Shown here one piece after another: positions 1 to 18,960 of a stretch of 64,000 nucleotides of DNA. The stretch's first letter is position 1. Every line of letters begins with the position of its first letter. Position numbers and translations under genes: made by a program. Under the pieces are notes generated by a model that saw nothing but the letters and a program-made list of their open reading frames with translations, did not search any database and was not told the DNA's origin. Origin of the DNA: Salpingoeca rosetta (Eukaryota; Protista; Choanoflagellata); the NCBI GenBank assembly GCA_033442325.1, contig JAWQFM010000016.1, positions 1,283,679-1,347,678 on the forward strand, written 5' to 3'.

Positions 1-982
1 CGCACCGGCCACCCTTGGGCGCGCAAGCAAGGTGCGCACACGTGTGTGTGCTTATGCTTGTGCTTGTGCTTGTGCTTGTGCTCGTGTCGTGAACGCGTGC
101 ATGCATTTGTCTGTTGTGGAGTAGATGTGCGCGCGTGTGTGTGTCTTATTTTGCACGCGTTTGTTTGTTTCTATCGCGCGCATGTACGTCAACCATATCC
201 TGCCATCCTGCCATCCTGCCATCCTGCCATCCTGCCATCCGTAACCCCCGCCACTGCCCGTTATCACGACGTGTGTTCTGCTGCCACTCCTCAGATCCCA
301 TCGTTGACGGGCTCGCGCGTGTACAACCGCTTCACGGGCCGCTGGGAGCCCGAGCCCATCGACGTGGCGCCAGCACGTGAGTTGCTCATGCTGTGTATCG
401 CATGACATGTGGGCTCTATTTGCACTGTTGCGTGTGTGTGTGCATGTGCATGTGTGTGTGTGTGTGGCGAGTGTACTGTGTTTGCTCATTTATCTTGCAA
501 CCTCACTCACAACCAAATCATACACACACACGCACACACACACGCACACAAACACCCTTACGCGCGCGTATAGCGGTGAAGACGACGCGGCTGCGCGATT
601 CGCTGCGCAAGAAGTGGGCGGCAGAGACGGCGGCAGAGCGCGCATCGGCATACACCTCAACCACGCGCGAGGCATACAAGCTCCCGCCCATCCAGCCTTC
701 AACCTCATCGGTATGTTTGATGCATCTGTGCGTGTGTTTGCATGAGCGTGTGTGTGTGTGCATGTGTGTGTGTGTTTGTGTCATGATGCGCGCGCCTTTG
801 AGGTCTTCCAACCTCACCAATCTCACTGTTATCACACACGCACACACATACTCTCACTCACTCACTCACCACCTCTCTCCTCTCCTCTCCTCTCCTTTTC
901 ACCTCAGTTCAAGCGGACTGCCACCTTCACCTCCACCACCATCCCCAACGTGCTCACGCGTGACCACCGCGTTCACAAGTGA
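1..982 (+). CDS. 3' part of a multi-exon hypothetical protein (exons ..31, 295-376, 574-710, 908-982); possible ciliary microtubule-inner-protein-like motif
   Basis: GT-AG introns join in frame: IPSLTGSRVYNRFTGRWEPEPIDVAPA / AVKTTRLRDSLRKKWAAETAAERASAYTSTTREAYKLPPIQPSTSS / FKRTATFTSTTIPNVLTRDHRVHK*, with TGA at 980-982. The 5' end lies outside the window. Confidence 0.6.
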
Positions 983-1991
983 CACGGCACGGCGTCTTTT
1001 CTTTGACACGCGTCGTGCTATGCTCTCTCTCTCTCTCTCGATCTTTCCCCTCCCATCTACTTCATCCATTCCATCCCCGGCGCTCACTGGAAGTTCTTCG
1101 TCTCTTGGATGTCTTCTCGTTGTCTTTGGCCCAGTGCCAGTCTGCATTTCTTTCACAAACACGCGAACGCGCATACACTCGTGTGAGCTCATGTGCGCGT
1201 GTGCAACGTGTGGGCGCTTCGTGCTGCCTTCTGTCCTAATCATCCAATCTTGTTACTGCTGTATGTGTGAGTGCATGTGTGTGTGTCTGTATGTCTATGA
1301 TTTATTGTGGTTTTACATTGCGTCGCCCGCCCTCTTCTCCCCGTCACATTGTCTGCCTGCCTGCCCGTTTTTGCTTCTCTGCATGCATCACATCACGCAT
1401 GAATGCGTATCTTGGTTTGCCTTGCTGGTCTTGCTTTACCCCACCCCCTCTTGCCTTCTTTCTCCTCTTCGCTTCTCGTGGTATCTGTCATCTCGCCTCG
1501 CCTGCTTGTCTCGTTCGTCTCTTGTTTGGCCCATGGTGTGGTTGTAGGCATGCTGCTGGTTCAGTTGTTGCTTCGTCATGGCTTCTTTCTTGGTGTGTGG
1601 ATGCGTGCGCACTGTAGTGTGGTGTTGTCGTCTTGTATCTGTGCGTGTGTGTGCTTGTGTTCATGTGTGTGTGTGTTTGTTTATGTGCGTGTGTTTGTTT
1701 ACGTGCGCGTGTGTGCTTGTGTTCATGTGCGTGTTTGCGTTCGTGTTCATGTGCATGTGCGAGTTCGTGTTTGTGTGCGCATCCACCCCTTCTCTCTTTC
1801 TCTCTCTTCGTGTCAGGGATCGTAAGCCGTCATCATCATACACCATCTCAACTTCAACACAGAACACAAACACAGCACAGCAGAGCGGTTTGGAAGCGAG
1901 GTGGAGGAAGGGAGAGTTGATCGTCAACGCGAAAAAGAAGGATTCATCAAGGACGAAAAGGAAGACAGGCACAACGCATGCACAAGACACC

Positions 1992-4836
<2,845 letters not shown>

Positions 4837-4863
4837 TGGATGTCTGTGAGTTGCGAGTGTGCG

Positions 4864-4918
<55 letters not shown>

Positions 4919-5686
4919 NNNNNNNNNNNNNNNNNNNNNNNNNNNNNNNNNNNNNNNNNNNNNNNNNNNNNNNNNNNNNNNNNNNNNNNNNNNNNNNNNN
5001 NNNNNNNNNNNNNNNNNNNNNNNNNNNNNNNNNNNNNNNNNNNNNNNNNNNNNNNNNNNNNNNNNNNNNNNNNNNNNNNNNNNNNNNNNNNNNNNNNNNN
5101 NNNNNNNNNNNNNNNNNNNNNNNNNNNNNNNNNNNNNNNNNNNNNNNNNNNNNNNNNNNNNNNNNNNNNNNNNNNNNNNNNNNNNNNNNNNNNNNNNNNN
5201 NNNNNNNNNNNNNNNNNNNNNNNNNNNNNNNNNNNNNNNNNNNNNNNNNNNNNNNNNNNNNNNNNNNNNNNNNNNNNNNNNNNNNNNNNNNNNNNNNNNN
5301 NNNNNNNNNNNNNNNNNNNNNNNNNNNNNNNNNNNNNNNNNNNNNNNNNNNNNNNNNNNNNNNNNNNNNNNNNNNNNNNNNNNNNNNNNNNNNNNNNNNN
5401 NNNNNNNNNNNNNNNNNNNNNNNNNNNNNNNNNNNNNNNNNNNNNNNNNNNNNNNNNNNNNNNNNNNNNNNNNNNNNNNNNNNNNNNNNNNNNNNNNNNN
5501 NNNNNNNNNNNNNNNNNNNNNNNNNNNNNNNNNNNNNNNNNNNNNNNNNNNNNNNNNNNNNNNNNNNNNNNNNNNNNNNNNNNNNNNNNNNNNNNNNNNN
5601 NNNNNNNNNNNNNNNNNNNNNNNNNNNNNNNNNNNNNNNNNNNNNNNNNNNNNNNNNNNNNNNNNNNNNNNNNNNNNNNNNNNNNN

Positions 5687-5770
<84 letters not shown>

Positions 5771-6148
5771 CTTGCAGAGGGCTGTGAGGCCGCGAATGAG
5801 GGTGGGGTTGACCTGCTTCTCAAGATACTCCCGCGCCTCCCCTGCATCTGACGACGACGCAACGGGAGCTGTGCACACTCACGCACACGCACACGCACAC
5901 GCACACGCACACGCACACGCACACACACACGCGCGCAAATCAATACACACGACGCGTGAGACGATTCGGAGAGATGATGGCACGCGGCGATTGTCGATTG
6001 TGCGAGTTGCCGCAATGGCCAATACGGTACACGCGCGTGTGGAAACATGACCATGTCCAACACCAGGACATCGGGTCACATGCACACACACACACACACG
6101 CACACATACACACACACACACACACACATACACGCACACGCACACACA

Positions 6149-6181
<33 letters not shown>

Positions 6182-7264
6182 GCATGCCATGATGTGAGTC
6201 CACTCACTCTCTGGGAAGAAAAACTTGATCTCCCGCATTGCGGATACAAGGGAATCGCTGCCGTGCAGGGCGTTGCGTGTGTTGTCTGTGCCATACTTTG
6301 CTCGAAGGCTGCAAGATGCGAATATGTGGAGATGTGAGCGTGATTGGCGCGTGATTGGTTCAGAGCACAGGATCGCGTGCACGCGTGAAACTACACTCAA
6401 ATTGACAAGTCACATGCATGCGCAGGCGCGCGCACATAAACACATGTTCACACACCCACACGCGCACACACACATGCACGCATTGACCTGGCAGGGGCTG
6501 TGTCGCGCGCCTTCTCTGAGCTTGTGGGGCCGAGGGCTTCCCTCCAGCTGGTGATGGCGTCTGCCTTTGCCAGCACAAGCACCATGATCGGTCCACTGTG
6601 TACACACAAAATGATTGTGGCTGTAAGAAAGGATTGTCGAAGTTCACGTGTGTGTGTGTGTGTCGAGCGGGCGTGTGTGTGTGTGTGTGTCGAGCGGGCC
6701 GGGAGCGCGTGGTTTTACAGTAGTGGCGCAAGGCAAACTCTCTTGCAATTGCGTACCTGCTCATGAAGCCGATGAGGCGTGGGAAGAACTCCTTGCCGTA
6801 GTGCTCTGCATAAAACTCGTTTGCTTGCTCTGGCGAGATGCGTACTCGTCGTTTCTGAATACAACAACACAGCGAATTGAATGCAATGAGGTCAAAATGA
6901 AGACGCAAAAAGCATGCAAGTGAGGGAGTATGGATGTGTATGAAAGCATGCACTCACTTACACATACACACACACACAAAAGCGGGCTTACACATTCACA
7001 CACAAACGTACACACAACACGCACAAACACTCTCACACACATTCACACACAAACGTACACACAACAGGCACAAACACTCTCACACACTCACACAAACACT
7101 CTCACTCACACACAAACGTACACACAACACGCACACAGAACCATACATAAGACCATACTCACTCTGAGGATGGTAAAGCCGCGTGCGACAATGTCATCAA
7201 GAATCTCGTATGATCTGTGCACTGCATCTGGCTTGATTATCGCCAGCGTCTGTTCCAACACCAT
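5771..7264 (-). CDS. NME5: Nucleoside diphosphate kinase 5 (NME5/RSPH23, radial spoke) with C-terminal Dpy-30 motif; last exon(s) probably in the N gap 4919-5686
   Basis: Spliced exons MVLEQTLAIIKPDAVHRSYEILDDIVARGFTILR / RVRISPEQANEFYAEHYGKEFFPRLIGFMS / GPIMVLVLAKADAITSWREALGPT / SLRAKYGTDNTRNALHGSDS..REIKFFFP / AREYLEKQVNPTLIRGLTALCK (Dpy-30). Confidence 0.92.
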
Positions 7265-7318
7265 CTTCGCTGGTTGTTGTCTGTCTTCGTTGTTGTCGTC
7301 GTTTGCTGCTTGCCAAGT

Positions 7319-7325
7319 GTTGTCA
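7319..7325 (+). promoter_or_regulatory. Candidate RFX (X-box half-site) motif GTTGTCA, 55-61 bp upstream of the NME5 ATG
   Basis: Matches the GTTGYCA RFX half-site and lies upstream of a canonical ciliary gene. A second half-site (TAGCAAC, 7715-7721) lies upstream of STKLD1. Confidence 0.45.
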
Positions 7326-7858
7326 AGTGCAATTTGCAACATACACTTCGGCGAAGTGCAATCTGCAAACCGAAACTGCAGGTTGCTCACTTACCTGTTT
7401 TGTTGTTGAAGATGCCCGTCACTTTTCGGTTCGCTCGTCAGTGGCTTGCGTTCGCTTCCGCGAATGCAACTCCTCCCTTCGCGTACACACACACCAAAAA
7501 AAAAATACATCCGCCAACCAACAAAACCCGGCACCAACAAACGAACCAAACACCGCCAAGACTTCCAACCCTCCTCCACCTCGCACGCACGCACACTCGC
7601 TCGCTTGTTCGCTGACTCGCTCGTGCTGCTGGACTGGCATCGCCCGTGCTGTCGTCATCGCAGCCTCGCTGCCGTGGTTCATTTCGCTTCGTCCATCCCC
7701 CCCCACGCCTCAACTAGCAACAAACAACAACGAGGCTGGACCAACGTGCTGAGACTCGTGTTGGCTGAGCCTGCTCGATTCGCTCGTTTGTGGTTGTTCT
7801 TTCCGATCGCCCTCGCATTGCGTCGCGTCGCAGCCGACCGCCGCCTCCAACAACAACT

Positions 7859-8779
7859 ATGGAGAATTACGATGTGGGTTGCCTCCTGATGGAGGCTAAT
7901 GGGTGGCATTTGCTTGGGGAAGAGAGAGGGTTGGTTGTCTTTGACAGGTCGTGGGTGTCTGGTTGTAGGCTAGATGTGTGGTTGGTTGCGGTCGATTTGT
8001 GGGTTTTTGTTTGGATGTCGATCATGTGGTTGGAACCTGATCCTTGACCTCTACCACGCTCTGTGGTACACATTGGCCTCGAACCTTGATTGTGACCTTC
8101 TCTCACTCGTCTTCTTTCGTCGCTTTCCTCTCACCTGACTTCCCACTTCCCTTCCCATCTTCTCTTAACATGTTGCTTTCATCTCTCCCAACGCTTTCGA
8201 TCGGGAACTTCAGGTCATCAAGCGACTCGGTAAGGGTGCGCAGGGATCTGTGTTCCTTGTCGAAGACAAGCGTGGTGCTGGCAAGTTTGTCATGAAGAAG
8301 GTCGAATGCAACGATGAGGCTGAAGCTGAGAAGGCCTTCAAAGAGGTGGGCATTCATGTTGTGTGCGCGCGCGTGTGCACATGTGTGTTGTTTTGTTTGT
8401 GTCTGTGTGGGTATGTGTGTGTTGTTTGTTTGTGTCTGTGTGGGTATGTGTGTTGTTTGTTTGTGTGTGTGTGTGAGTATGTGTGTGGGTATGCGTATGT
8501 TGTTTTGTTTTTGTCTGTGTGGGTATGTGTGTGGGTATGTATTTGGTTTGTGTATTTGGTTGCTGGGGCATGTGCACATACTGGCGTGTCCTCACTGACT
8601 GCGCGTTTCTCATCAGGCCCTTGCGTTGGAGACGCTCTCCCACGAGTACATCTGCGGCTATCGTGAGCTGTTTGTGAACTGGGACCGTGAAGAGGCCACC
8701 ATGTTCGTCTGCATTGTCATGGACTACTACGAAGCAGGTGTGTGTTTACAACTCATGCCAGCGCACCACTCAGATGCGC

Positions 8780-8856
<77 letters not shown>

Positions 8857-11557
8857 GTCGTGTTGTGTGTGTGTGNNNNNNNNNNNNNNNNNNNNNNNNN
8901 NNNNNNNNNNNNNNNNNNNNNNNNNNNNNNNNNNNNNNNNNNNNNNNNNNNNNNNNNNNNNNNNNNNNNNNNNNNNNNNNNNNNNNNNNNNNNNNNNNNN
9001 NNNNNNNNNNNNNNNNNNNNNNNNNNNNNNNNNNNNNNNNNNNNNNNNNNNNNNNNNNNNNNNNNNNNNNNNNNNNNNNNNNNNNNNNNNNNNNNNNNNN
9101 NNNNNNNNNNNNNNNNNNNNNNNNNNNNNNNNNNNNNNNNNNNNNNNNNNNNNNNNNNNNNNNNNNNNNNNNNNNNNNNNNNNNNNNNNNNNNNNNNNNN
9201 NNNNNNNNNNNNNNNNNNNNNNNNNNNNNNNNNNNNNNNNNNNNNNNNNNNNNNNNNNNNNNNNNNNNNNNNNNNNNNNNNNNNNNNNNNNNNNNNGTGT
9301 GTCGGTGTGTGTCGGTGTGTGTCGGTGTGTGTCGGTGTGTGCGTGTGGGTGTCGGTGTGTGCGTGTGGGTGTCGGTGTTGGGTGTGTGTGGGTGTGTTGG
9401 TTCTCTTTGCCCCCTTTCCCTACCCCTCCCTCCGTCTCGTACTCGCCATCGAGCGAGAGTCCAAAAGCATTTCGCGCGTGTGTCCATATTCACACCACGC
9501 TGCGACTGTGTGCAGGTGATTCATCGCGATCTGAAACCAAGCAACCTCTTCATGACAAACGACCTCGATATCCGCCTTGGTGCGTTTGTAACGTGCATGA
9601 TGTTTGCATATGTGTGTGTTTACATGTGTGTGTGTGTGTTTACATGTGTGTGTGTGTTTACATGTGTGTGTGTGTTTGCATGTGTATGTGTGTGTGTGAG
9701 CCCCTTCCCTTGATGATGTTTCATATCACACCCTTTGTCGCTCACATCCGTTCCTTCATCTATCCTCACCACCACCACCACCACCACCACCACCACCACC
9801 ACCACCATCACCACCACCACCACCACCACCACCACCCACGCTCACTCTAGGCGACTTTGGTGTGGCCACTGTGATGGAGGGCGCAAAGACCAAGACCCGC
9901 ACGACCGTCGGTACGTTGCACCTTACCTGCATGACACGACATGGCACGACACGACACGACACGGTACCACATACATGCACTGCGCACTAACACCAAACCA
10001 CCACAACCATCACCACCACCATCACCACCATGATTTCATGATTGCCTGCAGGCACGATGAATTACATGGCGCCCGAGGTGCTCGAGCGGCCATACAACGA
10101 GAAGTCGGACATCTGGTCTCTCGGATGCATTGTCCTCGACGCAGCAACATGCGGCTTCCTTGACGTTCGTGCCGGCCAATCATGATCATGATGCCGAGTG
10201 ATGGTGGAGATGGTGGTGCCAGTGGGAGTAGCACGCTCGTGAGTGGGGACTGCATGTGTATGTGTGTATACTTGTGTGTATGTCCACTCATATGAGACTT
10301 CCTTGTGGGCGCTATTCCATGCACATGTGTCACTTCCCTCATACCCTATGTGCATGATTGTGTGTATGAATGACTGTGTGTTTTTGCGTGTATGTATGCA
10401 TGTGCGCGTGTGTGAGCAGCACGGTCAGGCGCAGTCGCTGCTGTTTGAGGTGAAGCACAAGCCGCACCGACTGGAGGAGGCGCTCAAGGAAGTTGAGCGC
10501 TCCTACTCAAAGGACCTCTGCCAGGTGACCCTTTGAATCATGAATTCTGTGTGGCGGGATGCATGGCACTCGTGCACCTCCGTTCCCCGCCGTTGCAAAG
10601 TCTCTCTGTCTCCCCTTCTACTCCCCCCACCACCACCGCCACCATCGAAAATCACATCACCACCATCGACCATCGCATCACCACCACCCAATATCACATC
10701 ACTACAACTCCCTCTCTTCTCCTCACTCCCTTCTCCTCCCTCCCTCCCTCCCTTCTCATCCCACAGACGATCCGAACGATGCTGCGTCGCAACTTTCACC
10801 AGCGGCCGTCGGCGGTGGAGCTTGTCCAGCTGCCCTACATCCGCTCGTGCCTCCAGCTCTCCCAGTCCGCCCTCGTGCGTACCTTGGTCCTTGCTCGCAC
10901 CCTGCTGCTGGTTGCGTGTGATGATGATGATGATGATGCTATGTGATTGCTTGTTCGTCGTTGTTAAGTTGTTGTTTAAGTTGTTGTTTAAGTTGTTGTT
11001 GTTGTTTACGTTGTTGTTGTTGTTGTTGTTCTCCTCCTCTCTTTCTCCCTCTATTGCGTACGTTGCCCGTTGCCAACCACCCTGCTGCCTTTTCCTTGCT
11101 CACTCTTGTCTCCAAACAGGTCGAGGGCCAGAGCACTGCCAGCCACCAGACGGATGTCAAGCCAACCACCACAAAGCGGTCTGTTGCGCGTGCACGTATG
11201 TGTGCGAATGTTTTCAAGAGAGAGAGTGTGTGTGTGAGAGAGAGAGAGAGAGTGTGTGTGTGTGCATGTGTTTCATGACAAGGCCAGCATTCCGTCACGA
11301 TCATCACACCAGTTGCGCGTCATCTTACATCGCCTCCGCCCCCAAACAAATTACCCTGTCCACCGCCGCCACCATGACGGGCAGCATTCCAAACAAGCTG
11401 CCTGAGATTGCAGAGTTCCTTGAGACCAACTTTGACCGCATCGGATGCCAGGTCCGGTTACGAGTGGGCGTCAGACGCGCACAAACATGCACACGTACAC
11501 ATACACATATGCACACGCACACGTACACATGTGCACACAGCACACACACACATATGC

Positions 11558-11615
<58 letters not shown>

Positions 11616-11837
11616 CACCACACCACGCGCACAGTGCACTCATTCACCTGTGCCCAACTGCGCGTCAGGTTGCGGGCCTTGAGGAGGCGGCAAACGTGGC
11701 GGCGGCAACGGGTCCTGTTCCCCGCGGCGCTCTTGTGGATCGCATCCACAAGGCCATGAACAAGTTTGTCAACAACATCTTCGTCCAGATTGCAGGTCTG
11801 CTTTGGCTGCGGGGAGTTTGGGCCGAAATTTGGATGG

Positions 11838-11907
<70 letters not shown>

Positions 11908-14384
11908 GTGTGTGTGCGATGTCAAAGCTGCCTGCACATGTGTGTGTTTGTGTTTGTGACATCATCGGATGCGTGACAACTTCCCGTTTGCTGCGTGCAG
12001 GCATGGAGTGCATCAAGAGCCTGGCCGCTGCCGACGAGGGCGAGCCAGAGGTCAGAGGTTCCGTGTTTGTGTGTGTATATGTGTGTGTGTGTGTGGTGCC
12101 TCACGTCTTAAACCCTGGTGTTATGTGTTCGTGCCCACCTTCTTGCTATTTCAAGTGCGTTGCTATCTGTCGTTCCAATTCACCACCACCACCACATGTC
12201 ATCCAAAACCTGCCTTTGGCGTGCGCAGGTGCGGAGTGAGGAAGTGATCAAGCCGGTCCTCATTGCCATGCGCTCTCACCCCGGCTCCAAGGAGCTGCAG
12301 AAGGCAAGTGCTCATGCAATTCCCAACACTGTGGCAGGATGAGGGGTTTTGTGCGTGGAAGGTGTGCCACATTGGTTTATGTGATCGCTGTTGCGCACTT
12401 GCTCGCTTGTTTTCAGTCGCGCCTTTTTCACAACGGCACATTTGCATGTTCGCATTCGTCTCGTTCCTCACACAACTGTTTGCCCAACACTCCCTTGCCC
12501 CCTTCTCCTATCCCCAACACCACTCCTTCCAATCATGTTTGACCACCACATTTCGCCCCTGTTGTCGCATGTTGTTCGTCGCATGTTGTTCTTTGCACGT
12601 GACAGCTGGCGTGCGAGACGATCATTGCCATCGCGTCCACGGAGGACTACGCCCAGGCCATTGGCCAGGTCCGCTGCCTGCCGTGTGTACACCCGTGTGC
12701 AAAGCACGATCATCACGCATGCTTGGTGGCTGTATTTGGCATCAATGCTCGCTTGCTTGCGCCCTCCTCCTTGTCTGTTTCCTGCTTTCACGTGCCTGCC
12801 CACCTGCCCTCAAGTACCTGCCACGCTCACACTCCCCTCGTCTTCACCCCTCTCCCCTCTTATCCCTTCGTTCTCTGCCCTGATCCCTTCGTTTCCACCA
12901 CACCACCTCTCGCCTTCACACGAACGCCATCATGGCCGCGGCGCAGTATGGCGGAGTGCAGGATGTGCTGATTGCGCTGCGGGACAACGTCAACGACGCC
13001 AGCATCGCCGAGCAGGCCTGCCGCGCCCTCTTCAGCCTCACCGTCTGTGGTCAGTGATTGTGGTGGTTGGTTGGTTGGTTGATGGGTATCTGCCTTGCCA
13101 TTGCGGACACATCACACACACGCACGCACGCATGCACACATACACACACATACACACACACACCGGCACTTGCTTGCACTCTTTCTTATTCTCACACCAC
13201 CCAAACTGTTCTCACACCGCTACCGCCACCACCTCCGCTGCCGCGACTGCTGCTGCTGTTGTGCAGAGGAGAACGGGATGATCATTGCTGAGGAGCGCGG
13301 GCTGGAGGATGTGCGCAGCGCCATGGAGTCGTTCATCGACAATCCGACATTCATGACCGCAGCTGCTTCCGTCCTCTGGTCAGCAACCCCGCAATGCTAA
13401 CACACACACACACATTCACACGCGCGCACACACACACATTCACACATTCACACACACATACACATTCACACATTCACACACACGCACACACATTCACACA
13501 CGCACACACATTCACACATACATGCACACGCGCAAACCTACTCACGCTTTTACGAATGTTGCCGCTGCAATGTTGTTCGCCACGCTCACTTCAATCACCA
13601 CCGCCACCGCCACCGCCGTTGTTGTCACATCACGTGAACAGGACGCTGTCTGCGATTGACGAGCTGGTCGATGCGATTGTCGAGCTCAAGTGCATCTCCC
13701 TCATGACTGTCGCAATGGCAAACCACGTCGAGGTACGCACAGCGCCCCTCCGTGCGATGACACGGACGTGCGTGTTTGTGTGCATGTGTGTGCATGTGTG
13801 TACATGCATGTGTGCACACATTTATGTACGAGTTTCTGTGTGCGTGCGTACTTCGCGACATAGTTCACCCAATTGCGCGCATGCTCTTCACACTTCCTGC
13901 TTTCCCCTCACACGTCATCTTGATTGCCTGCCCTCATTCCTCTTGCTTTCCCTCTGTTGTTCTCCCGAACAGAATGCAGATCTTGTGCGCGAAACGCTCA
14001 ATGCCCTCGGCAGTCTCGTCGTTGACGGTCTGTCATTCCTGTTCGAAATGAGCACATGCAAGCAATACTGCATGCACATGCACGCATATGCTCAATCTGC
14101 GCACAAATTTGCACACACACGCATCGCACGCACGCACGCACGCACACACGCATGCACACACGCACGCACACACGCACGCATACACGCATGCACACACGTG
14201 CACAGATGCGCGCACACTCGCGTACACCTGCAGCTAACACATGCATTTCCTATCTTGCAGAGATGTGCGCGTATGCGTTCTGCGACCGGGACGAGAGCGG
14301 CGACAGTCTCGGTGCCGTCGACGAGGCCATCCAGTGCGTACACTCTGTTTGTCTCTCTCTGTGTGTGTACGTGTGGCTGTGCCA

Positions 14385-14419
<35 letters not shown>

Positions 14420-14912
14420 TGTGCCAATGTGTACGTGTGTCTGTGTGTGTGTGTGTGTGTAGTCAATGTGCCACTTGCTTTTTTTCGTTATCACTGTACT
14501 CAACGCAGACGTGTGTGTTGCACAACCCTGTTTGTGACACCAGGGCGCACATCAAGAGTGCCGAGATTTGCGAAGCGGCCGTGTCGCTGTTGGCGGAGCT
14601 CGCCGAGCACGGTGCGTTATGACGACCACGACGACGACGACGATGATGATGATGATGGTGTCGTTGGTTCAACTGTTGCGTTGCTGTTTTTGTTGCTGCT
14701 GTTGTCGCGTTTGTCATGAACCGTGCCGAGCCGTTCTCCTCACGTAGTCAACTTCACCATCACCACCACCATCACCGCCACACTAGATGACCTGCGTGCG
14801 ATGCTGGTTGAGGGCGGTGCTGTTGAGATGCTGACGCGCGTCAAGGGCGCCTTCCCGGACGACCCCGAGATTGGCGGCAAATGCGAGGACGGAACTGCGC
14901 TCCTCGCTGCGT

Positions 14913-14914
<2 letters not shown>
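7859..14914 (+). CDS. STKLD1: STKLD1/SgK071-like protein: N-terminal Ser/Thr kinase domain plus C-terminal armadillo-like repeats; ~20 exons, part of the kinase domain in N gap 8876-9296
   Basis: MENYD/VIKRLGKGAQGSVFLVE..FVMKKVECNDEAEAEKAFKE / ICGYRELFVNWDREEATMFVCIVMDYY / VIHRDLKPSN / GDFG / [34 protein letters not shown]. This resembles human STKLD1 ([38 protein letters not shown]). Later exons are ARM-like helical repeats (e.g. GGVQDVLIALRDNVNDASIAEQACRALFSL). Stop at 14912-14914. Confidence 0.85.
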
Positions 14915-14994
<80 letters not shown>

Positions 14995-15394
14995 AAATGC
15001 CGCACACGCGCGCGCACATACAAATGCACACCCTGTCTTGCGCACGCGTGCGTGCATCTGCACGTGTGTTCGCTTGTGGTTGTTGGTTCCTCTCTATGCA
15101 TGCATGTGGGTTGTTGTCTGGTGTTGCGTGTCAGCAAAGTGTGCCGTGCATGTGATGTGTGCGACTGTGAAGACGTTGGTTGTCTCTTGCCTGCCGCCAT
15201 TGTGCCACTGGTTTGGTTTTACGTGCTCTTCGCCCGAATGTAACCGTGTCTGTCTCGCATGTGACATTTGAAATGAAGTAAAGGGGGTTGTTTCTGATGT
15301 GCGCAGGTATGCGTGTGCGTGTTCGGGCGCGTGGGTTGTGAACGATAACAACAGACGAGGCCAGGCCGTTGCGCGATGATGTGTTGAGCACACG

Positions 15395-16526
<1,132 letters not shown>

Positions 16527-16740
16527 CGTCGTCGTCGTCGTTGTGTGGGAGGACAGCGATTGCAATTTATGGTGTTTGATACCGTCGGTTACATCATCGA
16601 TCGGGTGAGATTGCGATATAATGATGATGGTTCCACACTTGCGCACCGCTGCCGCTGGCGCTGGCGCTGCCGCTGCTGCTGCTGCTCGGGCTATTTGCAG
16701 AAGAAGGGGGACAGCAGGGTTAGTGTCCACAGCACGGTGC

Positions 16741-18385
<1,645 letters not shown>

Positions 18386-18960
18386 TGCGCGGGGCTGTGC
18401 CTTTGGTGTCGTGTTGCTGCTTTGTATTTGGCTCTCTCCCCTCCCGATTACTGTTACAGAGGGGTGGTTCTTATCCACTGTTGACATTTCATGCGTGAAT
18501 GTCGACTTCCACACTCGATCGATCACATCCTCACGTCACGCAGAGCGATAGGCTGCTTGGTGATGCATTGAGTCCTTCCTTGACACGACCATCGTGGACG
18601 TGTGAGATGTTGTGATGTGACGTGATTGTGACGCCCAATTTCCGCGGCGAAAAGCGTTTTATGCTCAGGCAACACAACAACAACAAAATGACAGGCGGCA
18701 AAAAGCTGCCAAGCTTACATGCAAGCAAGCTGGGGATGCTTCAGCACAGAGAAGAAAGCGTACAGCAGCACAACAGCTGCATTGTGGACAAAACAAAATG
18801 CGTGTATGTGCGTGTGTGTGTGTGTGTGCGTGTGTGTGTGTTGGGGGGAGGGTGTCAGGCATGCAAGCAACGGAACCAGAACACAAAGCAGGGTGACATG
18901 ATATGGATGAAGGAATGGCTGGAAAGGCTGGGGGGGGGGTGGGCGGAGCGTGGGAGCAGC

